From Bacillota bacterium (GTDB lineage Bacteria; Bacillota; Ch66; Ch109), in NCBI GenBank assembly GCA_050952625.1, contig JBMNLH010000004.1, positions 64,001 through 128,000 of the forward strand: a DNA stretch of 64,000 nt, read 5' to 3'. The notes under the pieces are model-generated. The model made no database searches. It was not told the DNA's origin and saw only the letters and a list, made by a program, of their open reading frames with translations. The translations under genes and the position numbers were made by a program. The stretch's first letter is position 1; every line of letters begins with the position of its first letter. Positions 1-10,481 of the stretch are shown here, one piece after another.

Positions 1-29
1 TGAGTTTTCCGCCTATACCATTAATATTC

Positions 30-494
30 TTACTCATTTTTGCGTTCCCGGCAATACTTTTCTTCAATCGCCTGAATTTTATTTAAGCGATTGGCGTGCC
101 GACCGCCCTCAAACCTGGTTGTCAGCCAGACCTGGACAATTTCCCGCGCCAAGCCGGGCCCTAGAACCCGGCCGCCCAGGACTAAAATATTCGCATCATT
201 ATGTTCCCGGGAGGCCCTGGCAGAAAAGGGATCGCCGCATAGAGCCGCCCGAATCCCGGGGACTTTATTGGCGGCAATGCTGATCCCGATTCCGGTCCCG
301 CAGAGCAGTATTCCCCGATCATACTCCCCCCGGCTGACCGCTTCGGCTACTGGCAGGGCATAATCCGGGTAATCCACGGAGTCGGCAGAGTTAGTTCCAA
401 AATCCTGAAAGTCCACTTGCTGTTCTTGGAGCAGCTTTTTTATTTCTTCCTTTAAGACGTATCCGCCATGATCACTGGCCAGAGCTATCTTCAA
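30..494 (-). CDS. rpiB: Ribose-5-phosphate isomerase B
   Basis: SDHGG, DYPD, CGTGIG, HNDAN and FEGGRH motifs. Confidence 0.97.
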   Translation of the reverse strand: MKIALASDHGGYVLKEEIKKLLQEQQVDFQDFGTNSADSVDYPDYALPVAEAVSRGEYDRGILLCGTGIGISIAANKVPGIRAALCGDPFSARASREHNDANILVLGGRVLGPGLAREIVQVWLTTRFEGGRHANRLNKIQAIEEKYCRERKNE

Positions 495-1050
495 CTAATG
501 TCTCCCCCTCATCTGACTCTGGGCTTAATTTACCGGCCTCTGGTCCCCCGTCCCACTGGGGCAGACGGTTAATTATTATGGCCAGGTTATTCTTTAGTTC
601 CTGCGCTACCTGTCGATAAACCTCCAGCGGCTGCCCGAACGGGTCAGGGATATCGTAGGCCCAATCTGACTCGGCTGTTTCAAGTTCTCCGGCACATGAT
701 TCCGCATATTTCTTTAATAGATGGACCTTGCCGGCCGCAGCCGGAACTAAGCGTAATACCTGCTGGCGGTGACTCCCAGTCATGGTTAGCACCAGGTCCG
801 CCACCTTAATCAACTCTGGTGTAAGTGCTTGTGCCCGATGGTTTGAAAGGTCAATTCCCTCCTCACTGAGGGCGGTTACTGCCTCAGGCGTAGCCGGATG
901 TCCGGCACAAGCAGCGGTTCCGGCAGAGAGTACGGTTACTGAATCAAGCAGCCCTTTCTGCTCTAGCAGGTGACGGGCCAGACCCTCCGCCATACTGCTG
1001 CGGCAGGTATTGCCGGAGCAAACCAGCAGTATTTTTTTCACCCTCATCAA
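472..1050 (-). CDS. ywlE: Low molecular weight protein arginine/tyrosine phosphatase (YwlE-like)
   Basis: [10 protein letters not shown]-loop and DIPDPFG; lies between mntP and rpiB as in Bacillota. Confidence 0.9.
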   Translation of the reverse strand: MMRVKKILLVCSGNTCRSSMAEGLARHLLEQKGLLDSVTVLSAGTAACAGHPATPEAVTALSEEGIDLSNHRAQALTPELIKVADLVLTMTGSHRQQVLRLVPAAAGKVHLLKKYAESCAGELETAESDWAYDIPDPFGQPLEVYRQVAQELKNNLAIIINRLPQWDGGPEAGKLSPESDEGETLVEDSSGQ

Positions 1051-1060
1051 CCCCCTTTAT

Positions 1061-1666
1061 TTACCACGCAATCTTACAGCCAACCAGCACTAAGACTAGT
1101 CCTCCAAGCAATCCGGCCCGGGTGCCAATCCAGCGACCTAAAAACCGGCCCAGAATCAGACCCATGGCTGTCATTACGCCAGCGACACCGCCGATAACGC
1201 CGACCGTTATTGCCAGCCGTTCAACGAAAATGGTTCCCAAACCAAAGCCGACACTCAAGGCATCCAGGCTCACACTAAAACCCAGGATAAATAGTCCCCA
1301 GCCTCCCTGGGAAAGGTTTTGCAGTTTCTGATTCAGGGAAGCCGGTCGTCCCGGTCCGGCAGCACCGAACTCCAGAATCTCTTCTCTGGGTCGCAGGGCC
1401 TCACGGATCATATTTAAACCAATGAGAATTATAATGCCCGCCCCAATCCACGCGGCATACTGGCCGATCAGGGCCCCTAACATTCCGCCCAGGACCACAC
1501 CGATTAAGGGCATCACGACATGAAAGGCCAAGACTGTTCCCGACAACAGCAGCAATTCTCGGCACTGAACTCCGCGCATCCCAATACCTAAGGCGACGGA
1601 GAAAGCATCAGTTCCTAAAGCGACGGCCACCAGCAATAGTGTTAGTAAATCCATCTTAATTTCCAT
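1061..1666 (-). CDS. mntP: Manganese efflux pump MntP (YwlD)
   Basis: Hydrophobic; two DAFSV/DALSV repeats. Confidence 0.9.
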   Translation of the reverse strand: MEIKMDLLTLLLVAVALGTDAFSVALGIGMRGVQCRELLLLSGTVLAFHVVMPLIGVVLGGMLGALIGQYAAWIGAGIIILIGLNMIREALRPREEILEFGAAGPGRPASLNQKLQNLSQGGWGLFILGFSVSLDALSVGFGLGTIFVERLAITVGVIGGVAGVMTAMGLILGRFLGRWIGTRAGLLGGLVLVLVGCKIAW

Positions 1667-1831
1667 TCTTTAAAATTTTGCTCTTTAAAATTCTGCCCAC
1701 ATTCGCCATCTCGTTAAGAATTATCATGTCTGCCGGGCCAGGTAACCGAATAGCGGTTATATTCATATAATGGTTATGTTCAGAGCAATGACAACGCCCC
1801 AGCTTTTTTTCGACAATAACGAACATATCAC

Positions 1832-2935
1832 CTAAGCCTGCGGCTTGATGATTTGCCCGCGGCAGGCCCGACGCAAGCGGTCCATAATCGCCAGACCCAG
1901 GCCGTGTTCTGGAAAACCTTCCACTAGAAAGACGTCAACATCGACCAAGTCACATTCGCGTAATGTTTTAAATAAATAGAGAGCCAGGTCAGCCAAGTCA
2001 TGGCGGCTGCCCATGACTTGTAAGTAATCGGGTGGCGGACTGGCTTCTTTATATAGGGGATAGCTTTCCAGGCTGGCTAAAACCCCCACCTTAGCTCCGT
2101 TGGTCCGCAGTTGTTCCATGGTTTTTAAGATTTGCCCTCGAATGTCTTCGATTTCCCCTTCTACCAATATCAACGGTTTCTCCGGCGCGTAATGTCCGTA
2201 TTGCATCCCGGGTGAAGGTGCAGCCGCTGACTCAGGGGCTGACGCAGGGACAGTTTCGGCGGCCGAGGCTGAACCGAGGCGAACCTCTGGCAGCACAGCC
2301 TGCAATTGTTCCTGGGTAATTCCGCCCGGCCGCAGGATAGTCGGGACCGCTTTGGTCAGATCGAGGACGGTGGACTCAACTCCCAGGCCAACTGGGCCTC
2401 CGTCCAGGATTAATTCGATCCGGCCGACTAAATCCTCCATGACATGGCTGGCCTCAGTAGGACTGGGCCTGCCGGAACGATTGGCACTGGGAGCCGCGAT
2501 CGGTACCCCAGCGGCACGAATCAAGGCCTCGGCTACCGGATGCTTGGGCCAGCGGATGGCCACGGTTTCCAAGCCAGCCGTAACCTCCAGGGGGACCTGG
2601 GGATGCCGGGGCAGGACCAGGGTGAGCGGTCCCGGCCAAAACCGTTCGCCGAGGAGACGAGCCACCTCACTAATCTCGGTGGTTAAAGATTCCAGACTGG
2701 CCCAGTCGGCAATATGCACGATTAAGGGGTTATCTACGGGACGTCCCTTAGCTAAATATATCTGCTGCACCGCTTCCGGATCAAGGGCATTCGCCCCTAG
2801 TCCGTAAACTGTCTCCGTGGGAAAGGCGACCAGTCCGCCCTCCCGAATAAGCAGACTGGCTCGTTCAAGATACTCTGCCTGTGGCTCGATAGGATTGACT
2901 ATTAGATAATCCGTAATCGCTGTTCTACGAAGCAT
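1832..2935 (-). CDS. sua5: L-threonylcarbamoyladenylate synthase (Sua5/YwlC)
   Basis: FPTETVYGL, KGRP, PSANRSG and SPGMQYGHYAP linker, plus SUA5 domain. Confidence 0.96.
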   Translation of the reverse strand: MLRRTAITDYLIVNPIEPQAEYLERASLLIREGGLVAFPTETVYGLGANALDPEAVQQIYLAKGRPVDNPLIVHIADWASLESLTTEISEVARLLGERFWPGPLTLVLPRHPQVPLEVTAGLETVAIRWPKHPVAEALIRAAGVPIAAPSANRSGRPSPTEASHVMEDLVGRIELILDGGPVGLGVESTVLDLTKAVPTILRPGGITQEQLQAVLPEVRLGSASAAETVPASAPESAAAPSPGMQYGHYAPEKPLILVEGEIEDIRGQILKTMEQLRTNGAKVGVLASLESYPLYKEASPPPDYLQVMGSRHDLADLALYLFKTLRECDLVDVDVFLVEGFPEHGLGLAIMDRLRRACRGQIIKPQA

Positions 2936-2949
2936 ATTATTTCTCCTTT

Positions 2950-2976
2950 GGGACAGGGGGACAGGTTAACTGTCCC
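2950..2976 (+). repeat. REP-like palindrome, GGGACA family
   Basis: GGGACAGGGGGACAGGTTAACTGTCCC; close relatives at 15437, 20022, 33256, 54507 and 54553. Confidence 0.8.
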
Positions 2977-3081
2977 GGCTGATTATAGATGCTGATTATA
3001 AATCAGGAAATATTTGTGTTTTGGGGTTAGTCAGCCGGCTAAACTAGAGTCGAAATAATAAGGCATAGCTGTTAACGACAA

Positions 3082-3138
3082 CTCCACTCCTCACACTCCA
3101 CGCCTTACGTCTTACGTTTTACACCTTACGCCTCACGA
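3082..3138. repeat. Degenerate heptamer tandem repeat
   Basis: ctccacg/ccttacg/tcttacg/cctcacg units overlapping the prmC stop. Confidence 0.65.
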
Positions 3139-4213
3139 ACTTTAAAGCCCGTTTCCGGGACAGTGAACCAGTCCCGGTGTCTCGGAGAGGAGTGCGGGCC
3201 AAAACCACCCGATCTCGACCGGCGTAGTCTGGTCTAAGCTCGACTTTTTCCCAACCCTCGCTAAATAATTTTCGGGCTGACCGGCCCTGGTCGTGAGCAA
3301 TCTCCAAGAGCAGGTATCCCCCGGGCTTAAGATACTCAAGAGCCTGCGGCACCAAACGTCGGTAATACATTAAGCCGTCTCGTCCCCCGTCCAGGGCGAT
3401 GATTGGTTCTTGAAGCACCTCTTTCATCAAGTGGGGCAGTTGGTCGGAGGGGATGTACGGCAGGTTAGCGGTAATTAAATCAATCTGACCTTTCATTTGC
3501 GGCATTTCAGCCAGGGGTGCCAGCAGGTCCCCTTCGTAAAAGGCAACCCGGCTGCTGACTTCATGCCGACCGGCATTGCGCGCTGCAACTTCTAAAGCCT
3601 TAGCTGATATATCCAGGCCGATTACCTTGGCCTGCGGCAGGAACCGGGCCAGGGCGATCGCGATGTTGCCGCTGCCGGTCCCGACATCAATCAATAATAA
3701 CTTTTGGGGTTCTAGCGATCCCAGTTCATTCGGCCTCCTAGGTATTGTTAACCCGCCTTCTCTTAGTCTTCCCCCTTGGTCTAATTCTTCTTCCAATGCC
3801 AATTCAGCCGGCTGCGGTTCATTCAACCTCTCGGCATTGGTGAACCCGGCTTTATCCTGCGGTGAGTAACCGAATAACTCCAGCGCGGTCTCGACCAGGA
3901 CTTCGGTATCCGGCCGTGGGATCAACACCTGCCGGTTAACCTCAAAGGTCAAGGACATAAATTCCTTTTCACCCAACAGGTAGGCTGTGGGGGTACCCTC
4001 AATCCGACGCTTGATCAATTCCCGGTACCGGGCAAGTTCCACTGGCTGCATGGGCTGGTCCAAATTCATATAGACCTGGACCCGGGTTTGGTCAAGGGCC
4101 CGGCCTAAGAGAACCTCTGCCTCCAGGCGCGGATTGTCCAAATGATGCTTAGCGAAATACTGGGCGGTCCAAGTGAGACATTTACTGATCGTCCAGTCAT
4201 TAGCTTGTGCCAC
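3119..4213 (-). CDS. prmC: Release factor glutamine methyltransferase
   Basis: VLIPRPDTE, DVGTGSG, NLPY and ALDGG; downstream of prfA; ~55-aa internal insertion. Confidence 0.95.
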   Translation of the reverse strand: MAQANDWTISKCLTWTAQYFAKHHLDNPRLEAEVLLGRALDQTRVQVYMNLDQPMQPVELARYRELIKRRIEGTPTAYLLGEKEFMSLTFEVNRQVLIPRPDTEVLVETALELFGYSPQDKAGFTNAERLNEPQPAELALEEELDQGGRLREGGLTIPRRPNELGSLEPQKLLLIDVGTGSGNIAIALARFLPQAKVIGLDISAKALEVAARNAGRHEVSSRVAFYEGDLLAPLAEMPQMKGQIDLITANLPYIPSDQLPHLMKEVLQEPIIALDGGRDGLMYYRRLVPQALEYLKPGGYLLLEIAHDQGRSARKLFSEGWEKVELRPDYAGRDRVVLARTPLRDTGTGSLSRKRALKFVRRKV

Positions 4214-4247
4214 CTTATCTCTGCCTTTCTGAGAGTATATTACGTTC

Positions 4248-4405
4248 GTGTTTTAACTCCGTCAGCAGGCTAGACTGGGAAGGAACTCGTCGGCCTCGGG
4301 CAGGCATCAAACTCGCCCTGCGGGCTCAGACAGTGATACCGGCTAAGCCTCGGCCGCCTCCGTTCTTTGTTGTCAATTGCCAATGGCTGACCGGCGTTAA
4401 AGCAC
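4248..4405 (+). mobile_element. Solo copy of ~160-bp inverted-repeat element (MITE/REP-like)
   Basis: Ends GTGTTTTAAC..GTCAGC and GCTGAC..GTTAAAGCAC; core CATCAAACTCGCCC-tgc-GGGCTCA; alignable with the 20082 and 25429 copies. Confidence 0.8.
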
Positions 4406-4470
4406 TTCGCAATTATAATTTCATTTATTTTCAGATAGTACTGCTTATAGTACCGCTTAGCGCGTAAGGT

Positions 4471-5538
4471 CTACTCTGTGTTTTTCAGTTGCTCAGCCTG
4501 GGCGTTGGTAATCAAAGAATCGATGAACTCATCTAGTTCTCCGTTAAGGATCTGATCCAATTTGTATAGGGTGAGGTTGATTCGGTGGTCGCTCACCCGG
4601 CCCTGGGGGTAATTATAGGTTCGAATCCGTTCACTCCGGTCACCGGTGCCAACTTGGCTGCGCCGGGCACTGGCCAGCTCCCCCTGCTGTTCCTCCTGGG
4701 CCCGGTCTAGCAGGCGCGCCCGCAACACGCGCAAGGCTTTATCTTTATTCTTGTGCTGGGACTTCTCATCCTGGCAGCTAACCACAATTCCCGTTGCCAG
4801 GTGAGTAATCCGAACAGCGGATTGGGTGGTGTTAACTGACTGTCCCCCGGGGCCGCTGGAACAGAAAATATCGATTCGGATGTCGTTTGGGTTGATCTCA
4901 ACTTCGACCTCTTCCGCTTCCGGCAGCACGGCGACCGTTGAGGCCGAGGTATGAATCCGACCGCTGGCCTCAGTTGCCGGCACCCGCTGCACCCGATGTA
5001 CGCCGCTTTCAAATTTTAATCGACTGTAAGCCCCTTGCCCTTCCACCAAAAAAATAACTTCCTTAAAGCCGCCTATGTCCGTGGGGTTGCCGCTTAATAC
5101 CTCAATTCGCCAGCCGCGGTTTTCCGCATAGCGGGAGTACATGCGGAAAAGATCGCCGGCAAAAAGGGCCGCTTCTTCGCCGCCGGTACCAGCCCGAATC
5201 TCCATGATAACGTTTTTCTCATCATTGGGGTCTTTGGGCAGAAGGAGAATCTTCAACTGCTGCTCAATTTCGGCGCGTTGTTTTTCCAATTCCCGGGCTT
5301 CCTCTTCCGCCATCTCGCGTAAGTCAGCATCTATTTTATCGCGCAACAGGGCTCGAGCATCTTCCAGATCATTAACAATTGTTTTGTATTGCCGGTATAC
5401 TTCTACCACATCGGTTAGCCCGGCGTGCGCCCGGGCATACTTTTGAAACTCACTCTGATTGGCGATCACCGCTGGGTCACTTAATAACTCGGTTAATTCT
5501 TCATAACGTTCTTCAAGACTATCTAATTTCGAAAACAA
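4471..5538 (-). CDS. prfA: Peptide chain release factor 1
   Basis: GGQ and PAT motifs; start reset to TTG at 5538 behind a GGGGTG RBS (ORF track starts at 5679). Confidence 0.96.
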   Translation of the reverse strand: MFSKLDSLEERYEELTELLSDPAVIANQSEFQKYARAHAGLTDVVEVYRQYKTIVNDLEDARALLRDKIDADLREMAEEEARELEKQRAEIEQQLKILLLPKDPNDEKNVIMEIRAGTGGEEAALFAGDLFRMYSRYAENRGWRIEVLSGNPTDIGGFKEVIFLVEGQGAYSRLKFESGVHRVQRVPATEASGRIHTSASTVAVLPEAEEVEVEINPNDIRIDIFCSSGPGGQSVNTTQSAVRITHLATGIVVSCQDEKSQHKNKDKALRVLRARLLDRAQEEQQGELASARRSQVGTGDRSERIRTYNYPQGRVSDHRINLTLYKLDQILNGELDEFIDSLITNAQAEQLKNTE

Positions 5539-5694
5539 AAATATCACCCCCACATAGATTCGGTTACGTTTTAACGTCCAACAACTAACATCTAAAGTAA
5601 ACGTTAATAACGTTAATATTGAAACAGCAGACGCGAAAGGTAAGAAGAGGTGTCCTGCGGTCCTAACAACCACTTTCAAGTTTCAGCTAGCGTT

Positions 5695-5746
5695 TAACAC
5701 CTAACACCTAACACCTAACGCCTAACGCCTAATGTCTAACGCCTCA
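5695..5746. repeat. Heptamer tandem repeat (TAACRCC)n
   Basis: taacacc x3, taacgcc x2, taatgtc, taacgcc. Confidence 0.85.
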
Positions 5747-5774
5747 CCCATTACGCCGAACGGCTAACGCACCG

Positions 5775-6737
5775 CTAGGCCGGGCTGGCCACTGCCTGAG
5801 GTTGCTCCGACTGCCGGGAACGTTCCTCGATCTCCAGCACCTTTTGTAAAGCGATAATCGCTACTTCCAGTTGCTGGTCATCTGGTTCCCGAGTGGTCAG
5901 TTTTTGCAGCCAAAGGCCCGGGGCAATGACTATTCTGCCCAACAATGATTTTGGCCAACGCGCGACCAGTTTAATTATTTCATAACCCAGGCCGGCTACC
6001 AGCGGCAGCAGGACAATTCGAGAGGAAATCCGCCACAGGACCGACCCTTCCCCGAGAAAAGAAAAGACCAGGATACTGACCACCATAACAATCAAGAGAA
6101 AGGCGGTCCCGCATCGGGGATGTAAAGTACTGTGCCGGCGCGCATTCTCAACGGTCAGTTCTTCACCGGCCTCATAGGTGAAGATAACCTTATGCTCGGC
6201 CCCATGATACTCAAAAACCCGCTGGATATCTTCCATCCGGGCTACGGCCCAAACATAGCCCAGGAAAATAGCAATCCGAATGATCCCTTCTATTAAATTC
6301 TGGACCGCGACGCTTTCGACGAAGCCTCGCATAAAGTGGACCGCTCCGGTCGGAATTACCACAAATAGGCCGACCCCCAGGATGAGGGCAATAATCATCG
6401 TAATCGTTATCTCGGTCGGGGTAATCTCTTCCCCTTCTGCTTCGGCAGCCTGATTGGCGGAAAAATTCAAAGCCCGGATACCCATTACCATGGTTTCAAT
6501 CAAGACAATAAAGCCACGAATGACTGGCCAGCGCAAAAAACTAATTCGTTCGACCACTGAGCTCAGCTTTTCTTCCTCAATAATAATACTGGAATCGGGC
6601 CGGCGTACCGCAATCGCCAGGTCCCGTTTACCCCGCATGACTACTCCCTCAATCACAGCCTGGCCGCCGTAGTGACAGGGCTGGTCAATGACTGGTCGGC
6701 TGCTCGGGTCTTTCGCCTCCATACTACTGTTTAGCAC
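5775..6737 (-). CDS. DUF1385 (YqhQ-like) membrane protein, putative metal-dependent enzyme
   Basis: GGQAVIEGV, YHGAEHK, HPRCGT and LTTREP motifs. Confidence 0.9.
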   Translation of the reverse strand: MLNSSMEAKDPSSRPVIDQPCHYGGQAVIEGVVMRGKRDLAIAVRRPDSSIIIEEEKLSSVVERISFLRWPVIRGFIVLIETMVMGIRALNFSANQAAEAEGEEITPTEITITMIIALILGVGLFVVIPTGAVHFMRGFVESVAVQNLIEGIIRIAIFLGYVWAVARMEDIQRVFEYHGAEHKVIFTYEAGEELTVENARRHSTLHPRCGTAFLLIVMVVSILVFSFLGEGSVLWRISSRIVLLPLVAGLGYEIIKLVARWPKSLLGRIVIAPGLWLQKLTTREPDDQQLEVAIIALQKVLEIEERSRQSEQPQAVASPA

Positions 6738-6814
6738 AACAACCCTCCCATACCGTTCCTATCTGATGAACATTTTTTATGGGCAATTGTTTCCCACACA
6801 GCATCTGATATAGA

Positions 6815-6840
6815 AAAACAGCAGAGCACTAAGGCTCTGC
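6815..6840 (-). terminator. Intrinsic terminator after rpmE
   Basis: GCAGAGC/GCTCTGC stem followed by a T-rich tail on the minus strand. Confidence 0.65.
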
Positions 6841-6860
6841 CGAAAGAATAACCGAAAAAT

Positions 6861-7064
6861 TTACTTAAGTCCATACCTCTTTTTAAACCGATCAACCCTT
6901 CCTCCGACATCCACTATTCTTTGTCGATTACCCGTAAAGAAAGGATGGCATTGAGAACAAACTTCAACCCGCAGGTCCTTACGGGTAGAACCGGTCTCGA
7001 ACTGAGCACCACAGGCACAAGTAACGGTTGTCTGGTGGTACTGCGGATGAATCTTAGGCTTCAT
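6861..7064 (-). CDS. rpmE: 50S ribosomal protein L31 (Zn-binding type)
   Basis: [21 protein letters not shown] and GRVDRF. Confidence 0.97.
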   Translation of the reverse strand: MKPKIHPQYHQTTVTCACGAQFETGSTRKDLRVEVCSQCHPFFTGNRQRIVDVGGRVDRFKKRYGLK

Positions 7065-7164
7065 TCACCCTCACCTCACTTCGCCAGGGTCTACTTTTTA
7101 TCCTGCTTCAACCCTAGTTATTCTATTGCCAATTAAGCGTCTTTATAGTTAATCAGCAACGCTT

Positions 7165-7193
7165 ATTATATCACACCAATTCCTGGCGGGCAA
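7165..7193 (-). promoter_or_regulatory. SigA promoter of rpmE
   Basis: TTGCCC-17-TATAAT with extended TG. Confidence 0.7.
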
Positions 7194-7232
7194 GGGAGGG
7201 GCGGGGACTTTAAAAGCATTTTTTCATTCCTG

Positions 7233-8987
7233 CTATAAAGCCTGCCTGAGCTGGTGCCGTTCTTCGTGTACCACCTGAACCAGGGTATCCCGATTTAAGT
7301 TATCGACAACATAAAGGGTCCCGTTTCCCTTCCGAGCCAGTTCGCCTAAGAAGTCACGATTCGAGCGAACCCCGATGCAGGTTAGCCGGACCTTGGCTTT
7401 GGTCACTTTCTCAGCTGCTTTCAGGGCATCCTCTTTCGAGTCGAACGTCCACAGCGGGTAGGTGGGCATACCATCCGTGATCAAGATCAGCAGCGGGTTA
7501 CGAACCCGGCTGGCTTCAATCAATTCCAGACTCTTCATGATTCCGCTGGCTAATGGAGTCATGCCCTCCGGCACGACCGACCGGAGGCCGGCCACTAAAC
7601 GACGGTGGTTGCGGGTAAAGGGCACCACGATCCGCGCCTCCATCTCCTGAAACGTAACGACCGCCACCTTTTCCCGCAGGGTTAACAGCAAGTGTTCGGC
7701 TAACTTCCAGGCCGCCTGACTCTTCTCCCCAGCCATACTGGCACTGCAGTCAACCAGGAGACAAACATCCATGGGAATAAATGATTTTTTGCCGTAAACC
7801 CGGATATCGTCTGGGGTGATCGTTACTCGCTTCTGCCCACCCAGCATACTGCGGGTGGCTCCCTGCAAAATGGTTTCCGGAACCGCAATGGCGTTGGAGG
7901 CATTTTCCCAGTCTCGGGGCATGATCTTATGCAGGTTTAAAACATCCTGTTCCCGACACTTCAGCTGCGAGCTGTTGGTTCGCTGGTAGCGCCGGTTTTT
8001 ACCTGGGATCCGGCGCAGAATTTTCCGCAGTTCTGCTTCTAATTCTCGCCGGTTTAACATTAACTCCTGCCTCAACTCTTTGCCCTGGTCAGTCAGGCTG
8101 TATCCAAGCAGCCCCTTTTTCGCCAGACCCAGATTGGCCATCTGCTCGGCTAATTGATCCAGATCCTGATGCCGTTTCTTGATCGAACGGGGAGCCAGCC
8201 GCTGAAAAACATTCCCCCGCATGGTATCCATAAATTCTTCCACATCATCAATGCTGCCCAGACGCTGCGCTAACTCCAGCAGCAGGTGTTTTTGATTCTG
8301 CAGATGAATTATTTCGTCTCCCGGCCGACGTCGGCCAAAGAAGGGCAGCATCAGGCCCAACTCTTGCTGCTTGGCTTTACCGTACCCATTAAGGACCCCG
8401 GCAATCTTCCGGATACTATGCCCCTGTTCCAGGATCGCTGATTCTACAGCATCTATCAAACTAAAGGTCAAGGCGTACCACTCTTCCGGGAGTTCCATCA
8501 GGAGGTGAACATGATCACGGAGGTTCTCCGGTACTTCTTTAAACTCATCATAGCCTTGCCGGATCAAACGCGCCACACCTCCCTGGTTTTCCGCGGTCGC
8601 CAGATAAATCCGATTCGCGACCTCTCCAGGCTGAGTCAGCCGGTCCTCTGCCTTGCGGATCATTAGTTCAGGTCCTTGTTCATCCAGGAAGGCGTCAATC
8701 GCGGCCCAGATTTTACGCGCAATTGGAAGGGCAGCAATTTCGGCTGGATCGTGATAAACATCAAGATGGACGACTTGGTCTGGTTCTGTTAGCCCGGAAA
8801 AGGTCTTGCCCGCGTCCTGCTCTACAAAAACCTGAATCCGCCTTGGATCACGCGGGTACGGTTGGTGAACCCGCCGGCTGACTACCGCACTCTCGCCGAC
8901 CCGCACCCCTTGATTTCGGCCAAAAAACAACCGGAGGTTATTTCCCAGGGCAATCCGTCGGGATGCCAGAAGATTTTCATTAGCCAT
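7233..8987 (-). CDS. VWA-domain protein (ChlD-like C-terminus)
   Basis: MIDAS DCSAS, TPLA and ITDG motifs; no AAA+ Walker motif visible. Confidence 0.8.
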   Translation of the reverse strand: MANENLLASRRIALGNNLRLFFGRNQGVRVGESAVVSRRVHQPYPRDPRRIQVFVEQDAGKTFSGLTEPDQVVHLDVYHDPAEIAALPIARKIWAAIDAFLDEQGPELMIRKAEDRLTQPGEVANRIYLATAENQGGVARLIRQGYDEFKEVPENLRDHVHLLMELPEEWYALTFSLIDAVESAILEQGHSIRKIAGVLNGYGKAKQQELGLMLPFFGRRRPGDEIIHLQNQKHLLLELAQRLGSIDDVEEFMDTMRGNVFQRLAPRSIKKRHQDLDQLAEQMANLGLAKKGLLGYSLTDQGKELRQELMLNRRELEAELRKILRRIPGKNRRYQRTNSSQLKCREQDVLNLHKIMPRDWENASNAIAVPETILQGATRSMLGGQKRVTITPDDIRVYGKKSFIPMDVCLLVDCSASMAGEKSQAAWKLAEHLLLTLREKVAVVTFQEMEARIVVPFTRNHRRLVAGLRSVVPEGMTPLASGIMKSLELIEASRVRNPLLILITDGMPTYPLWTFDSKEDALKAAEKVTKAKVRLTCIGVRSNRDFLGELARKGNGTLYVVDNLNRDTLVQVVHEERHQLRQAL

Positions 8988-9008
8988 ATTAACACCGCCC
9001 TTCCTTTA

Positions 9009-9212
9009 TTGGTCGTTAGTCGTTGGTCGTTGGTCGTTGGTCGTTGGTCGTTAGTGGTTGGTCGTTAGTCGTTTAGTCGTTGGTCGTTAGTCGTTGGTCG
9101 TTGGTCGTTGGTCGTTGGTCGTTAGTCGTTGGTCGTTAGTCGTTAGTCGTTGGTCGTTAGTCGTTGGTCGTTGGTGCTGCGTTGGTCGTTAGGTGCTAGG
9201 TATTAGGTGTTT
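9009..9212. repeat. Long heptamer tandem array (TRGTCGT)n
   Basis: More than 20 near-perfect tggtcgt/tagtcgt units that decay into taggtgy. Confidence 0.95.
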
Positions 9213-9252
9213 GGTTTTTGGTGATAACAAGAAGCACTCGTCCTGCTATCGT

Positions 9253-9289
9253 CAATTGCTGATCTTCGTTTAAACACTGCACGATCAAT
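9253..9289 (+). repeat. Isolated right end of the ~160-bp element
   Basis: caattgctgatcttcgtttaaacactgcacgatcaat resembles caatcgctgacctgccgttaaaacactgcgcgatcaat at ~25633. Confidence 0.6.
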
Positions 9290-9292
9290 TCT

Positions 9293-9364
9293 TTAGATTC
9301 TGATGGTGCTGTTCGGCGGCCTAGGGGGCAACTCAGGAAGCAGGAAAAGCGTCCCCAGTTCCAT
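9293..9364 (-). CDS. Possible 23-aa small ORF or truncated gene start (MELGTLFLLPELPPRPPNSTIRI)
   Basis: GAGGAGG RBS just upstream of ATG, directly after the receiver gene; not in the ORF track. Confidence 0.3.
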   Translation of the reverse strand: MELGTLFLLPELPPRPPNSTIRI

Positions 9365-9394
9365 GCGGCCTCCTCGCCTTCTAGCCATGTTTCT

Positions 9395-10126
9395 TTAGCG
9401 AAATAGCGGCAGAACCAGCAGGAAAAAGGTGGTTAAGGCCAACAGCAGAAAGATAAACGTGGGAAAAATAATCTTGACCAGAGGAAGGGCCAGACTCAGG
9501 CCCCCGCCTAAACGATCGAGCGGGTTTTCCTCTTCCAAGAGCAACAGTTCCTCTAAGTCCGGCGAAACTTGATTGATGTCTTGATTGATGTTTTGATTGA
9601 CATTTTGCTCTACGGCAGTCTCTTCGGTTTTCAAGGCGGCTGCTTGCTCAGCGTCAGCTCCCTTTTCCCTGGCCTTTTTAGCCGGGACAAACCGGTAAAG
9701 CCGGCCTTCCTTTTTCTTGGTCTGACCTGTTGCCTGAAACTGGCCTCTCCGGCGTCGTTTTTCTCGCTGAAGCTGAATCTCATCTATTTGGGCCATGAGT
9801 TCGTTCGGTTTAAAAGGTTTATCCAAGTAATTATCACAGCGGTTGCGCAAGGCCTCGATCACCAAAGATTTATCGCCGAAAGCGGTCATCAAAATTACTG
9901 GAATATCGCCATAGCGTTCGCGGATGGTTTTAACCAGGGACATGCCATTCATCTCTGGCATAAAGTAGTCGGTGATGACCAAGGTTGAATCATCACGGTG
10001 CTCCTCCAGGTAGGCCAGGGCTTCCTCGCCGCTCGTGGCCATATGGACTTGATGACCATGAATCCTAATCCCTCGCCTAATCGTCTCTAATTGGAGTTCC
10101 TCATCGTCAACTATCAAGATGTTCAT
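9395..10126 (-). CDS. Receiver-domain protein with C-terminal membrane anchor
   Basis: ILIVDDE, TDYFMP, MTA and KP receiver motifs; hydrophobic C-terminus; start reset to ATG 10126 behind AAAGGGGAG. Confidence 0.85.
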   Translation of the reverse strand: MNILIVDDEELQLETIRRGIRIHGHQVHMATSGEEALAYLEEHRDDSTLVITDYFMPEMNGMSLVKTIRERYGDIPVILMTAFGDKSLVIEALRNRCDNYLDKPFKPNELMAQIDEIQLQREKRRRRGQFQATGQTKKKEGRLYRFVPAKKAREKGADAEQAAALKTEETAVEQNVNQNINQDINQVSPDLEELLLLEEENPLDRLGGGLSLALPLVKIIFPTFIFLLLALTTFFLLVLPLFR

Positions 10127-10237
10127 GGCCAACTCCCCTTTCGTTAATTTTTCCATTGATTCCCTTTCGTTTGCCAATATTTAAACAACTTCCAGAAATA
10201 ATGCTTTGCCGATTTGAGTTATTTGGCATAGAATTTA

Positions 10238-10253
10238 AGCAAGACTCGTGCCA
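10238..10253 (-). promoter_or_regulatory. Sigma54 -24/-12 promoter
   Basis: TGGCACGAGTCTTGCT matches TGGCAC-N5-TTGCW exactly, ~110 bp upstream of the receiver gene. Confidence 0.8.
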
Positions 10254-10481
10254 GGCTTTAACCCCTGCCGGGACAAACGATGGAACCCGCTCCCTAATTT
10301 ATTAGGCTGCCGATTTGATATACCGGGTTAATCAAACCCTTGAAAAACAAAGGGAAAATTGCGCCCTACCATTTTGGCATAGTTTCAAAATGATAGTCTG
10401 CTCAAGAAAGGATAAGCAGGAAATAAATAATTTTAGTCGAATAAATATCTTTAGAGTAATTCGAGGACGGAAGGTGAGAAG

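Noticed and set aside
1667-1831. yybP-ykoY manganese riboswitch upstream of mntP
   Set aside because: The expected GGGGAGTAGC-type 5' motif is not visible on the minus strand
8862-9068. 68-aa plus-strand ORF ending in VVGRWSL repeats
   Set aside because: Antisense to the VWA gene and reads through the heptamer array
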